Positions 19,800 to 31,948 of a stretch of DNA of 64,000 bases are shown piece after piece; position 1 is the stretch's first letter, and every line of letters starts with the position of its first letter. The translations under genes and the position numbers were made by a program. The notes under the pieces are model-generated. The model had not been told where the DNA came from. It ran no database searches and worked only from the letters and a program-made list of their open reading frames with translations. The stretch lies in the NCBI GenBank assembly GCA_965216755.1, contig CBDCGL010000011.1, forward strand, positions 2,752,001-2,816,000, in the 5' to 3' direction. This DNA is from Alphaproteobacteria bacterium. GTDB taxonomy: Bacteria > Pseudomonadota > Alphaproteobacteria > UBA7887.

Positions 19800-20492
19800 A
19801 TGCCTGCATACGAAAGTCGGTTTTCGGAAAGAAGTTTCACCACCTGCGTGTCTAGGAGATTTGAAATGAAACGTGATCTTTACCGCCGGAAGCGAACGCG
19901 TGGCGACAGCCCACGTATTGCGAGGAGCGCCCCAACATTTTTGACGCGTTACCCAAGAAGCTCCGAAACATCTGAGTCCGGTGGCCCAACCGACCAAATC
20001 TACAGCGAACTCCGTTACGCTTACGACTATTTCAATACGGTACTATTTCGTGGAGTACTCCCTCCTTGCCTGATCACACTGCAACGGCATCGCCATGCCC
20101 TTGGCTTCTTCGCCGGTGGTCGTTTCGCTAATTCGGAGCATCAATTGGCCGACGAAATAGCCCTCAATCCGAGCGGGATGTCGCGGTGCTCAATTATACA
20201 GATTCTCTCGGTTCTGGTGCATGAACAATGCCATCTCTGGCAATTTCATTTCAGTGAATACGACGGCCGGCGTGGGATCGTACGGCCGTATCATGACCGG
20301 GAATGGGGATCGAAGATGGAGTCGATCGGCCTCATTCCCACCAATACGGGTAAGCCAGGCGGCAAGCGAACCGGACGGCATGTATCTCATTACATAGTTT
20401 CGTCGGGTCGTTTCGCCGTGGCGTGCGCCACCCTTCTGTCCTCGGGTTTCAGCATCTCGTGGATGGAACGGGTGCTTGTCGCGCGAGATTAA
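19800..20492 (+). CDS. SprT-like metalloprotease (start uncertain)
   Basis: YDYFN..LF...LP, EIALNP, LVHEQCHLWQ, YHDREW..KM..IGL.P...G.PGGKRTG. Confidence 0.82.
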   Translation: MPAYESRFSERSFTTCVSRRFEMKRDLYRRKRTRGDSPRIARSAPTFLTRYPRSSETSESGGPTDQIYSELRYAYDYFNTVLFRGVLPPCLITLQRHRHALGFFAGGRFANSEHQLADEIALNPSGMSRCSIIQILSVLVHEQCHLWQFHFSEYDGRRGIVRPYHDREWGSKMESIGLIPTNTGKPGGKRTGRHVSHYIVSSGRFAVACATLLSSGFSISWMERVLVARD

Positions 20493-20554
20493 CGCACGAG
20501 CTTCTTTGAGGACGCATGCTTGTCTAATGATTTTCAAATAAAAGGAAATGCAGG

Positions 20555-21982
20555 ATGGCAGATAAGCGTATTCAGCGCGGCGGGGAGCGCGCACACAAAG
20601 GCAACGGCTACGACACTGTCGGTCGCAAGAGTTCGCAATCCGCTCATTCAAAGAAGAATTCATACATTGCTGAACGCACACGCGAGGTCAACGGACCAAG
20701 CCGCGAGGGCATGAGTGTGTTTACTGAGCCTAATACCTGGATGGATTCATTTGGGCGCGAAGTTCTTCGCTCCGTTCAAAAACGAAGCAGCACGCTTGGT
20801 TGCCGTGTTGAAGATTTCAATAGCAGCCGTCCCGACACAGCGATGGCAGAGATCAAATTCGAGGCCAAAGTTGCTGAGGACGCGATTGCTCAGGCAGCGC
20901 GGAACGCGTGCGAACGTCTAGTCTCGATCCGGGAAACCCGCTGGCGGGCTTATCAAGAGCTTCGGCTGATGCAGTGGATATACAATACGAAACGGCGTCC
21001 AGTTCTGCCGGACCGCCTCAAGAATGGCTATCTGGTCGGAATGTTCGGTTTGGCGGAAGGCCTGGGCGCGGGCGCGCTTATGGCGGCCGATGGCAAGATG
21101 GCCCCGGAAATCGGGATCGCTTATGGCCTGGCTTTTGCCGGAACGAATCTGATGATGGCCGGTTTGGCGGGCTTCATAGCGCGCTATTTTCATTATCGCA
21201 CCATGCCGGGGGCTTTGGACCCAGATGGCCGCCCCATGCGCATCGCCGCTTGGACGGGCTTTGCCGCAACGACTTGCTTCCTATTGTTGTTACTTTTCAG
21301 TGCAGCACGGACTCGCGCGACCGGTTCCCACAATGAAATCTTCGATTTCGGAAGTGTCAGTTTCTTGGCCACTTTCAACGACTCGCTGGCCGTGGCCTTA
21401 ATCGCGCTGGGCGTCGTGGGCAGCGTGATCGGCGCTATCAAGGGGTATTCGGGAATCTACGACAAATATCCAGGGTTCCTGCAAGCCCAGCAAGCAGCGC
21501 AGGACCGCAGCGACGCTGTCGCCGACGAAATTGTGGATTCGTGCCTGGACACAATCAACTCAACGTATGAAAAGTTCGAACGGATATTCAGAACGCATAG
21601 CAAGGCAGCTATAAGGGAAGCCAAACGCTATAATCGGAAACTTAGGGCACTGACTAAAAGTATTTTACGCCACAATAAGAAGATAGATCAGGCTCAGGCC
21701 CGCTTTCAGGCATATCACTCCACATTGCAGCTCGGGGCGGCGCGCGTTACCGGGGAAGCTACGTACTTGGAGTCGCCCTTCGACGACACGGATTTCGACA
21801 AAGAACGGATCGATACCTCAGCTTTGGAGGGCCATACGCCGATCGCTCTGAACGGTGGTGGATCGGACCTGTTGACGCGATTGCGGATTGGTCGGGATGA
21901 AGCGCTTGGGCTTCTGCAAGAAGCGTATCTGCGTTTCATGACCGAGTCGGACGAGCCAAAAGCATCTAACAGCAGCACGTAA
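20555..21982 (+). CDS. Hypothetical multi-pass membrane protein with coiled-coil regions
   Basis: 475-aa ORF with about 4 hydrophobic segments; AGGA RBS. Confidence 0.75.
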   Translation: MADKRIQRGGERAHKGNGYDTVGRKSSQSAHSKKNSYIAERTREVNGPSREGMSVFTEPNTWMDSFGREVLRSVQKRSSTLGCRVEDFNSSRPDTAMAEIKFEAKVAEDAIAQAARNACERLVSIRETRWRAYQELRLMQWIYNTKRRPVLPDRLKNGYLVGMFGLAEGLGAGALMAADGKMAPEIGIAYGLAFAGTNLMMAGLAGFIARYFHYRTMPGALDPDGRPMRIAAWTGFAATTCFLLLLLFSAARTRATGSHNEIFDFGSVSFLATFNDSLAVALIALGVVGSVIGAIKGYSGIYDKYPGFLQAQQAAQDRSDAVADEIVDSCLDTINSTYEKFERIFRTHSKAAIREAKRYNRKLRALTKSILRHNKKIDQAQARFQAYHSTLQLGAARVTGEATYLESPFDDTDFDKERIDTSALEGHTPIALNGGGSDLLTRLRIGRDEALGLLQEAYLRFMTESDEPKASNSST

Positions 21983-21995
21983 GGAGAGTGAAGCT

Positions 21996-22877
21996 ATGGC
22001 CAGTTTTGGAGGCTACAGACGGCGCGACCCTATAAGCCGGGCGTTGCTCATATCAGGGATTATCATCATTCCAGGCCTGGCGATTGGAGCGACAACTTGG
22101 GGTGTAAGCCGGGTCGCTGACATTGAACGGATGGACCGGGAAACTTTTTGCTACAGGCAAGATGAACAAGCGCACACGGGATTCATGATCGATGCATCTT
22201 TTGATAGCATCACAAGTGAACGGCAAAAGCGCGACTTGCGCAATGCGTTGATCGGCGCTTTTGAAAATATGGAGCCTAACGGACAGCTCTCGGTCTTCAC
22301 GACCGCCAAGGACAAAATCGGCACTTTTCTGGTACCGGTGATCCGTTTTTGCCGCCCCATGCGAACCTTGGACGAACAGACGCAGGTTGGCGTGGCCAAA
22401 CAGACGCAGGCTTATCTATCTCGTCATTATGAAGAGGCCCGACGCCTTTTCATTGGCCAGGTTGATGAACTGATAGCCAAGGCTGCGGACCCTGAGCGAC
22501 AAGCCGATCACAGCCCGATTATGGAGCAAGTTCAGTCACTTTCGCACCATGGCTTTTCAGGGCGGCTACGCAAGATGGTCATCTACACGGATGGTCTGCA
22601 AAACAGCGAGGTACGACGGTTCTGCTTGGTAAAAGGTCATTTGCCGAGCTTTGAGAGGTTCAGCCAACATTCCGATTACAGGCTGGTGCGCCCTGGTTCA
22701 CTGGCAGGCGTGGATATCGAAATCCTTTTGGTCGAGCATACGCTTTTCCCGTCAAAGGACTTGAAGTTCTGCACTAACAATGAAATCCGCGCCTTTTGGA
22801 CGGGATATTTCGAGGCAGCGGACGCGGCCTCCGTGCAGATGATCCGTCTGCCTTATGGCGGGCTGGGCCGGTCGTGA
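21996..22877 (+). CDS. Membrane-anchored vWA-like protein
   Basis: N-terminal TM; MIDAS-like IDASFDS and IYTDGLQNS; strong RBS AAGGAG. Confidence 0.7.
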   Translation: MASFGGYRRRDPISRALLISGIIIIPGLAIGATTWGVSRVADIERMDRETFCYRQDEQAHTGFMIDASFDSITSERQKRDLRNALIGAFENMEPNGQLSVFTTAKDKIGTFLVPVIRFCRPMRTLDEQTQVGVAKQTQAYLSRHYEEARRLFIGQVDELIAKAADPERQADHSPIMEQVQSLSHHGFSGRLRKMVIYTDGLQNSEVRRFCLVKGHLPSFERFSQHSDYRLVRPGSLAGVDIEILLVEHTLFPSKDLKFCTNNEIRAFWTGYFEAADAASVQMIRLPYGGLGRS

Positions 22878-24637
22878 CGTACGGATCAAATAGAGGCGGA
22901 GGCAACGTAGAGGGGCCGAGTTTCCTGGTACTGTTGGCCGTTGCGGGCGGCCTGATCTGGCTTTCCATCCATCTTGGGCCGCCCATGGTGCAGGGACAGC
23001 TTCGCCCGCTCCCGGCGCTAGTCTTCTTCGTCGCCGGTATCATGCTGCTTCGCCTCGCCATTCGCGGATTGGAACTGTTGGCCTGCCTGATCGACTGGCA
23101 GAGCAGCCGAACCCCAACGGGAAAGGATGGCCTGGCCGCATGGGCGAGGAAGAACGATTACAAGGCGGAATTGCGCGAGGCGAATGGCGGGCCGTTCTGG
23201 GGCCTGAGCCTTGGTCGCAAACCGGCACCACTCTTCATTGACTACGTATCCAATGCGATGACTGTCGCGCCTGCCGGATCAGGAAAAGGCATCTGCACAG
23301 TCGTTCCGAACGGCATGAGTATCCGCGCCAGCAAAGCCTTTGCGGATTTCAAAGGCGAGCTTGTCTGCATGCTCAAACAGCCGCTGGAAGCGCGTGGGGA
23401 AATCGTACGTATACTCAATCCCGGAGGCCTGTGGGAAGAAACAATCGGGCCAAGCGAGCTCTATAGCCCACTCGATATTCTTGCGGATGATCTGAACCGG
23501 CCTGGTGGCTTGCGCGATATCCCAGACGATCAGCGCGAGATGAATAATCAAATCCTCCCCGAGCCGAGTGAGCGCGAATCAGAGAATTCCTATTTTAGGG
23601 AAGGTTCAAGGCGGCTGATGGCGGATGCCGAGTTGATGGAGGTGATGGTCGATGAATATGACGCCACATTCTCCTCGGCCGCGCTACTGATTGAAGACCG
23701 TCAGCGGCTGGAGGACATGGCGCGATGGATGGCCGGAGTCGATTTGGACGGGAAGCCCCACCCGGGCGGACCGTTTCCGATTGAGCAAACACCGTGGGCA
23801 GCGAAGCACGATGTGCGCGATGTGGCGGAGTTTGCACAGCTTGTGCGCGCGCGAGCCCACAATCTCCTGGCGTTAGCGACTGCGGACGATTCGCGGACGT
23901 TCGATTCCTTCATTACTGGAGCACAGCAAGCCCTTGCACCATTCGCGTTTGGCCGCATCGCACCTTGCATGGGCCGTTCGACGTTCAGCATGGACGAACT
24001 GAAGCAGGGTGACCATCCGACCAACCTATTTATCGTTGCCGATGCAAGCCGTATGGAAGCATACAAGCCTTTCATCGGGTTAATCCAATGGTGCTGCATG
24101 ACCGCGATCAAGCGCCATAATAACAAAGAGCGACCGGTCTATTTTATCTTAGATGAGGCCACTAACTATAGAGTCAGCGGCCTGGAGAGCCTTCTGACCT
24201 GGGGGCGGTCTTATGGGCTCCGGCTACACGTCATTTTCCAGGACTTTGCCGCATTTGAACGGATCTATGGAAAGACCGCATTGGACACGCTGCTCAGCGA
24301 GACCGAAATCAAACAGATACTGCCGGGGCAGCGCTCACCGAAAACCTTGGAACTAATCTCCAAGAAGATGCTTGGGGATCAATCGATCATGGCTGCAAGT
24401 ATCGGACGCGATAATCACTTGTCCGGACTCAGAGAGACTATGAGCGAGACCGGCCGGCCCTTGATGACGATGGACGAACTTAGACGCACTGACAAGGGAT
24501 TGCTGTTTGTCCGGCGCTGCAAACCGATCCTTTTCGAACCTGTTTCTTATGCGGAAATTTCGCCCTGGCGCGATCAGGTTGGGATCAATCCCTACTTCGG
24601 CAAACCATACCGGAAGAAAGTAAAGCTGAGACTCTGA
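22874..24637 (+). CDS. virD4: Type IV coupling protein TraG/VirD4
   Basis: Two N-terminal TMs; APAGSGKG, DFKGE, FILDEA, GRSYGLRL..IFQD; GTG start overlapping the upstream stop. Confidence 0.9.
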   Translation: MTYGSNRGGGNVEGPSFLVLLAVAGGLIWLSIHLGPPMVQGQLRPLPALVFFVAGIMLLRLAIRGLELLACLIDWQSSRTPTGKDGLAAWARKNDYKAELREANGGPFWGLSLGRKPAPLFIDYVSNAMTVAPAGSGKGICTVVPNGMSIRASKAFADFKGELVCMLKQPLEARGEIVRILNPGGLWEETIGPSELYSPLDILADDLNRPGGLRDIPDDQREMNNQILPEPSERESENSYFREGSRRLMADAELMEVMVDEYDATFSSAALLIEDRQRLEDMARWMAGVDLDGKPHPGGPFPIEQTPWAAKHDVRDVAEFAQLVRARAHNLLALATADDSRTFDSFITGAQQALAPFAFGRIAPCMGRSTFSMDELKQGDHPTNLFIVADASRMEAYKPFIGLIQWCCMTAIKRHNNKERPVYFILDEATNYRVSGLESLLTWGRSYGLRLHVIFQDFAAFERIYGKTALDTLLSETEIKQILPGQRSPKTLELISKKMLGDQSIMAASIGRDNHLSGLRETMSETGRPLMTMDELRRTDKGLLFVRRCKPILFEPVSYAEISPWRDQVGINPYFGKPYRKKVKLRL

Positions 24638-24644
24638 GAGAGGT

Positions 24645-24938
24645 GTGCACGAAATGAAACACTATGTACCGAGGCGACTCCGGCCCTGGGCCCTGCCCGC
24701 TCTGGCGGTGCGGACGCTGATCTATATCCTCGGGCACTGGCCGCTTGCCTTGGTTGCAGCGCTTATCATCTCACCGGTCGGTCCGCATCTACGTATCCAA
24801 TACAGCTACTTCGATTACGGCGGCGGCCTGAGGTCGATGACCGAGTGCGATTATTTCGGATCACGCGGAATGGTGAAGTATCGCTTCGGCAGTCAATGCC
24901 CAATCGTCGCCATCATCGATACGCGAGATGTGCAATGA
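24645..24938 (+). CDS. Small hypothetical membrane protein
   Basis: 97-aa ORF immediately after the T4CP; one hydrophobic segment and two Cys. Confidence 0.65.
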   Translation: MHEMKHYVPRRLRPWALPALAVRTLIYILGHWPLALVAALIISPVGPHLRIQYSYFDYGGGLRSMTECDYFGSRGMVKYRFGSQCPIVAIIDTRDVQ

Positions 24939-25029
24939 CATTGATTGGTTTTTCATTCCGAACGTTCTGCCTTAAGGCCGAACGCGACGGAGACACTAGG
25001 GAAGGCGGACTCAGAAACGAGGCACTAGA

Positions 25030-25314
25030 ATGAGTGAGTATGACAATAAAAACCAAGACCGCAAGCCGGCCTTTATCGCCTACAGCGTACGCGATTCCCA
25101 GGACGGAAAAGGACATTGGAACCGCATCGGTGCTGCATGGGAGCATAGAGATGGCCAGGGTTATGAAATCAGCCTTGACAGCCTGCCTATCAATGGTCGC
25201 GTAACGCTGCGCCAACTGCGTGAAGAGCGAATGCAGGATTACGAAAGTGCGCGGGGGGCCCGCGAGCCAAGGCACCATGCGGAACGAACGCAGAGCCGTG
25301 GACGGCAACGGTAA
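25030..25314 (+). CDS. Small DUF736-like (putative ssDNA-binding) protein
   Basis: AYSV...WNRIGAAWEHRDGQG..I.LDSLP..GRVTLR pattern typical of alphaproteobacterial mobile elements. Confidence 0.65.
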   Translation: MSEYDNKNQDRKPAFIAYSVRDSQDGKGHWNRIGAAWEHRDGQGYEISLDSLPINGRVTLRQLREERMQDYESARGAREPRHHAERTQSRGRQR

Positions 25315-25735
25315 CCGAAAAGGCGCGCGCCACGGCCGCGGGAGCACCGGTGGTTACACTAGGGATGACGACGATCTGTATGCGGGCGCAGACGACAGAG
25401 TGCGGTCGCATTCGGTAGCCAAATTGGCTTTCGATAAGGCGCGCGATCCGCTGAGCAACTGCCAAATCGAGGATATTGACAAGAGCGAGACAGGGCGGCG
25501 CGAAGAAAGCGGGGGCGGATCGCAGATGGTGAAGCGTCACCGCCCCTTTCCTGAGCTAAAGCCATCTTTTGCACTGGCCCAGTATGCCATCCGTGAGGCA
25601 TTCAACAGGGCATGGCTCAGGGAGCAGCGGGCGGCGCGACTCGCGCGGATGCGACAGGTACGGGCGGTACGTGCCGCGACAGAGCGGAAACAGGAAATGC
25701 CGCGTTTCCCTAAAGGCCCTACACCGAAACTTTGA
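25220..25735 (+). CDS. Hypothetical protein (true start probably downstream, e.g. GTG 25298)
   Basis: Fills the operon gap on the same strand; basic C-terminus. Confidence 0.4.
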   Translation: MKSECRITKVRGGPASQGTMRNERRAVDGNGNRKGARHGRGSTGGYTRDDDDLYAGADDRVRSHSVAKLAFDKARDPLSNCQIEDIDKSETGRREESGGGSQMVKRHRPFPELKPSFALAQYAIREAFNRAWLREQRAARLARMRQVRAVRAATERKQEMPRFPKGPTPKL

Positions 25736-25769
25736 CCGAAGGAAAATCTAAATCGGGGCATGAAAATAG

Positions 25770-25811
25770 TTGCCGTGCGAATAATAATGGTTTAATGTTC
25801 TTGTTTCGTTC
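25770..25811 (+). promoter_or_regulatory. Sigma70-type promoter overlapped by an alphaproteobacterial LexA (SOS) box
   Basis: TTGCCG (25770)-N17-TAATGT (25793); GTTC-TTGTTTC-GTTC at 25797-25811. Confidence 0.7.
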
Positions 25812-25859
25812 TATCAAAAGCAGCACAAAGGGAACAAACGGCTTTGAAGGAAAGCGCTT

Positions 25860-26199
25860 GTGAATCAGACAGACAAAAAGAGAGAAAGGAGAGCACACAG
25901 GCAGACAGGAAATGCCGCCCCCGCGGACTCGCTTGACCTTGATCCCCACGAATATCGGGAGCACCTGGAAGGTTTGCACCTAACTGAAGCCGAGGAAAAT
26001 GAGCTTCTGCTGGCGCTATGGTCCATTATGAAAGCCTTTGTCGACTTGGGTTTCGGGGTAGATTCTATCCACCATTTTTTCCCGGCGCTTGGGCCAAATT
26101 CTACGCAAGCTTCGCCGGAAGCGTTAGAATCAAACGATCGGAAATCTGCTCGTCAGTCAGAGGAAGGCAGTTTTGATCCGGCGAGAAAGATGGTGGGCC

Positions 26200-26213
<14 letters not shown>
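25860..26213 (+). CDS. Hypothetical protein upstream of the recombinase (candidate accessory/directionality factor)
   Basis: LD..EY...[29 protein letters not shown]; overlaps the recombinase start. Confidence 0.65.
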
Positions 26214-27924
<1,711 letters not shown>

Positions 27925-28863
27925 GGTCGGCGACCGTTAGCCCGGCGCGATCGACCGCGGCAAGAATCTCAGCGATGGCGGTTTCGCTCGGTCGATAGCG
28001 CACCTGCAAACGGCGCGGGCCGATCAACTCGCACTGAAACTGCGCCAGCGCGCCCGGCACAGCGGTCAAGTCGTCAGCCACAATCAGGGTCAGCGCTTTG
28101 CGGTCGAGTCGCTCGACCAGCGGCCCCGTACGATCGCACGCGACCACCTCGCCATGATTGATGATCGCCACCCGTTCGCACATCTCCTCGGCTTCTTCCA
28201 GGTAGTGAGTGGTCAGCAACACGGTCGTACCGCGCCCGTTTAACGCCCGCACATAGCTCCATAATTGGCTGCGCAGTTCCACATCGACGCCGGCGGTCGG
28301 TTCGTCCAACACCAGCACCGGCGGATCGTGGACCATCGCCTTGGCGACCATCAGCCGCCGGCGCATGCCACCGGACAGCCGCCGCGTATAGGCCGATGCC
28401 TTGTCGGTCAAACCCAAGGCCGCCAGAATCTCATCCGTGCGCCGCGCCGCGGCGGGCACGCCGTAATAACCGGCCTGGATTTCCAAGGTCTCGCGTGGGG
28501 TAAAGAACGGGTCGATCACCAGCTCTTGCGGCACAATGCCGATGGCGGCACTGGCGCCGCGGCGATCGGTGTCGATATCGCGATCCCAAATCGTTACGGT
28601 GCCGCTGGTCTTGTTGACCATCCCGGCCAGGATATTGATGAAGGTCGACTTGCCGGCGCCATTTGGCCCGAGCAGGCCGAAAATCGAACCGCGCGGAATA
28701 TCCAGTTCAATGCCTTTCAGCGCCGGCACCGCATCGCCGCGCCGCGACCGATAGACCTTATGCAGAGCGCGTGCGCGGATCGCGAAATCGGGTATGGCGG
28801 TGCTAATCGGCATGGTCACTCTCGATCAATGGGCGGGGCCAGCATAGCAGATCGGGCGACGCG

Positions 28864-29421
28864 TCAACTGCCCGGAACGACGGTTAAGGTCAATCCCTCG
28901 AAGCGGCCGGTGACCGCGATCTCTTTGTCGATCTCGCCAATCGCCCCGCCATGAGCGCGAAATTCGAAGCTGCCCGCCCAGCTGTCATCGGTTTGCTGCA
29001 GATGCAGGATCCCGGTCGTATCGGCGCCAAAATTGCGGATTGGCCGACGCTGGACAAACAGCGCCAAGGCGCCGCCATCGGTCATCATCGGATCAAAGGT
29101 TAGATCATAGTCTTTCGCTTCCAGTGGCGCGGCGCCGTAGATCATGATCGTGACCGCCCCGGACTGGTCACTTTGATCGTCGCGACCAAACCAAAACATA
29201 TGCGTCGCCGGCAGGCCATCTTGCGCCGGACTGGCCGATAAGATCATGCGCGCGTCAGGCGGCGCAAATGTCGCGACCGCGTCGCCCGTGATCTCTATTT
29301 CAAAGTCGCCCGCGCTATTGGTCGCGTCCTCGCCACAAGCACCAAGGACCGTTGCCACGGCGACAAACGCCAAACCGAGCCAATTGCCCGACCGGCGTCG
29401 ATTGCATCCAAATTGAAGCAT
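28864..29421 (-). CDS. Hypothetical lipoprotein
   Basis: Basic N-terminus, hydrophobic core and LGAC lipobox; start reassigned to ATG 29421. Confidence 0.6.
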   Translation of the reverse strand: MLQFGCNRRRSGNWLGLAFVAVATVLGACGEDATNSAGDFEIEITGDAVATFAPPDARMILSASPAQDGLPATHMFWFGRDDQSDQSGAVTIMIYGAAPLEAKDYDLTFDPMMTDGGALALFVQRRPIRNFGADTTGILHLQQTDDSWAGSFEFRAHGGAIGEIDKEIAVTGRFEGLTLTVVPGS

Positions 29422-29548
29422 GGCGCGCCATATCCGTAAGGAGACCAAGCCCGACCACGATAGCACGGCGGATGCGGCTGGCGGGCTTCGCCCCACAAAT
29501 GCTACAAATCATGGCGATCACTGAAGACACAGCGCCGGACGGCAAGCC

Positions 29549-29734
29549 ATGACACCGATTGAGACCCTGACCACAACCACAACCACCTTGGCTTGCGATG
29601 GCGGCGGCGGGCCGCTTGGCCATCCGCGCGTCTTCCTGCATGTGAACGACGAAGGCGTTGTGGACTGCCCCTATTGCGGCCGCCATTACATCTTGGCCCG
29701 CGACGGCGCAACCACCGAGGCGGCCGACGCCTGA
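29549..29734 (+). CDS. zf-CHCC zinc-finger protein
   Basis: CDGGGGPLGHPRVFL...CPYC. Confidence 0.88.
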   Translation: MTPIETLTTTTTTLACDGGGGPLGHPRVFLHVNDEGVVDCPYCGRHYILARDGATTEAADA

Positions 29735-29773
29735 CCGGGCGCGCCCACCGAAAACCGCGCCGTCACACCCGTT

Positions 29774-31933
29774 ATGTACCGCGCCGACATACCGCCGATA
29801 CTGCCAATGGTGCGCGCGCTATGGCTGGCCGTTGCCTGCACCGTTTGGGCTGGCATCGCCCACGCCGGCATGGACGATCCGCTGGCGCAACGCCTGACAC
29901 CCGACGTGCTGGATTACGCTTTTCCCGGAGCCGAAGATTTAGGCGAGAACCTTGACGGCGACGTCCCTGCCGTCGAAGTGCTGATCGACGAAACCGTGGC
30001 CGGCTATATCGTTTCGACATTCGATACCGTGCCATCGGCGGGATTTGCGGGCGAACCATTCGACATTGTGGTCGGGCTTGATCTGAGGGGGCGTGTGCGC
30101 GGCTTGGTGCTGCTGGAACATCACGAGCCGATCATCGGCCCGAGCATGATTCGGGCTGAACTGGTTCAAGCTTTCCTGGACCAGTTGGAGAATTTTGCGG
30201 TCGTTCGTTCGTTGCGCTCCAAACGGCGCAAGGTTGACGCGGTTTCCGGCGCCACGGTGAGCTCCAAATTGATGCTCAGTGCGTCAGTTTCGGCCGGCCG
30301 CAAGATCGCGCAAGCCACCGGGATCGTGCCCGCGACCAGCGCCACCGCGCTGGCGCCCGACGTCGACACTGCCGTGCGGCAGGGTTGGCACCAAATGGTC
30401 GCCAACGGCGATATCGCCGCGCTGGAGCTGACCAATGCCGATGTCGCCGCGGCTTTCGACAACACGGCCGGCACGCTCAGGCTCGGTGCCCCGGACGACA
30501 TGTTTGTCACCATTTACCTCACCATGGCGACGCCGCGCGCGATTGGCGGTAATCTGTTTGGCGACCGCTGGCAGAACTTCATGCTCAGCCAAACCGAGGC
30601 CGGCGACCAAGTGATCGTGATCGCCGCCCATGGTGAATATGACGCGTTTGGCAGCACCGGCACGTTCTCCAACCAGTTCGACCTTATTCGCATTGTCCAG
30701 GGCGACAAGACCATCGCGCTCAGCCGTGACGACAAGCTGGCGCACACGGCGATCCGCTTGCGCGACGCCCCACGGCCCATGGAACATGCCCTGTTCAAGG
30801 TCGGGCCCAAACAAGGCTTCGATCCGTTTCAACCATGGTCGCTGAAATTGCTTGTGACGCCGGGCGCGGTCGGGCTGGCGCGGGATGCGGCCCCGGCGGT
30901 ATTCGAACGGCGGTATCGCATTCCGGCAGCCTATGTGGTCGGCAATGAGTTTGCCTTGGAAGACGCGGGTTTCAAAACGCCAAACTATGTGATGTTCGGT
31001 CTGTTGCGTGAAAGCCTGCTGACCGACTGGCAGCGGGAATGGGTGGCGCGCGCCGGCGACATCGGCATTTTGGCTGTCATGTTGGCCGTGCTGACCTTGG
31101 TGCTGGTGTTCCAGAACACAATTTCCCAAAGCCGGCGGCTGCATACCACCGTGCGTTTGGTGTTTCTTGTGGCGATGCTTGGTTGGTTGGGTTGGCTTAA
31201 GGATGCGCAGCTGACCAGCATCAATATCATAGCCTATTTTCAGGCATTTTTTGAGGACTTGGATCCGGCCTTGTTCTTGCTCGATCCGCTGATTTTCATT
31301 TTGTCGGTATATGTCGGCGTGACCTTGTTGTTGTGGGGGCGCGGCGTGTTTTGCGGTTGGCTGTGCCCGTTCGGCGCCCTGCAGGAACTGCTGAACAAGT
31401 TCGCGCGTTTGGTCCGCATGCCGCAGGTGCAAATTGGCGAAGCGCTGCAGGAACGGTTGTGGGCGGTAAAATATGTGGTGGTGGCGGTGGTTTTTGGCCT
31501 CGCTTTTTTCTCCATGGACGCGGCGATTAAAGCCGCCGAGGTGGAACCCTTCAAGACCGCCATAATCGTACCCTTCGACCGCAGTTGGCCGTACCTCGCC
31601 TATGTTGGCGTGCTGTTGGTGATCGGGCTCAGTATAGAGCGTTTTTTCTGCCGTTTCTTGTGCCCGCTGGGCGGCGCGCTCAGCTTGCTCGGCCGCGCCC
31701 GGTTGTTGCATTGGCTCAGACGCCGGCCGCAATGCGGCAATCCGTGCCGCATCTGCCGCCACTCCTGCCCGGTCGGTGCCATTCGCGAAAACGGCGTCAT
31801 CGACATGAACGAGTGCTTTCAGTGCCTGGATTGCCAGGTTGATTACCTTGACACCCATGTCTGCCCACCCCTGGTCGCCGCCCACAAGCGCGCCGCCCGC
31901 CCGCGTGCCACTCCCGGTCCGGTGGTGGCGTGA
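29774..31933 (+). CDS. NosR/NirI-family FMN-binding 4Fe-4S membrane protein
   Basis: FMN attachment motif DAVSGAT; FCGWLCPFG, FFCRFLCPLG and two ferredoxin-like Cys clusters. Confidence 0.88.
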   Translation: MYRADIPPILPMVRALWLAVACTVWAGIAHAGMDDPLAQRLTPDVLDYAFPGAEDLGENLDGDVPAVEVLIDETVAGYIVSTFDTVPSAGFAGEPFDIVVGLDLRGRVRGLVLLEHHEPIIGPSMIRAELVQAFLDQLENFAVVRSLRSKRRKVDAVSGATVSSKLMLSASVSAGRKIAQATGIVPATSATALAPDVDTAVRQGWHQMVANGDIAALELTNADVAAAFDNTAGTLRLGAPDDMFVTIYLTMATPRAIGGNLFGDRWQNFMLSQTEAGDQVIVIAAHGEYDAFGSTGTFSNQFDLIRIVQGDKTIALSRDDKLAHTAIRLRDAPRPMEHALFKVGPKQGFDPFQPWSLKLLVTPGAVGLARDAAPAVFERRYRIPAAYVVGNEFALEDAGFKTPNYVMFGLLRESLLTDWQREWVARAGDIGILAVMLAVLTLVLVFQNTISQSRRLHTTVRLVFLVAMLGWLGWLKDAQLTSINIIAYFQAFFEDLDPALFLLDPLIFILSVYVGVTLLLWGRGVFCGWLCPFGALQELLNKFARLVRMPQVQIGEALQERLWAVKYVVVAVVFGLAFFSMDAAIKAAEVEPFKTAIIVPFDRSWPYLAYVGVLLVIGLSIERFFCRFLCPLGGALSLLGRARLLHWLRRRPQCGNPCRICRHSCPVGAIRENGVIDMNECFQCLDCQVDYLDTHVCPPLVAAHKRAARPRATPGPVVA

Positions 31934-31948
31934 CGTGACGTCCGCCGG

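Noticed and set aside
29774-31933. Denitrification (nos) cluster
   Set aside because: No nosZDFYL genes in the window; only the NosR-like family member
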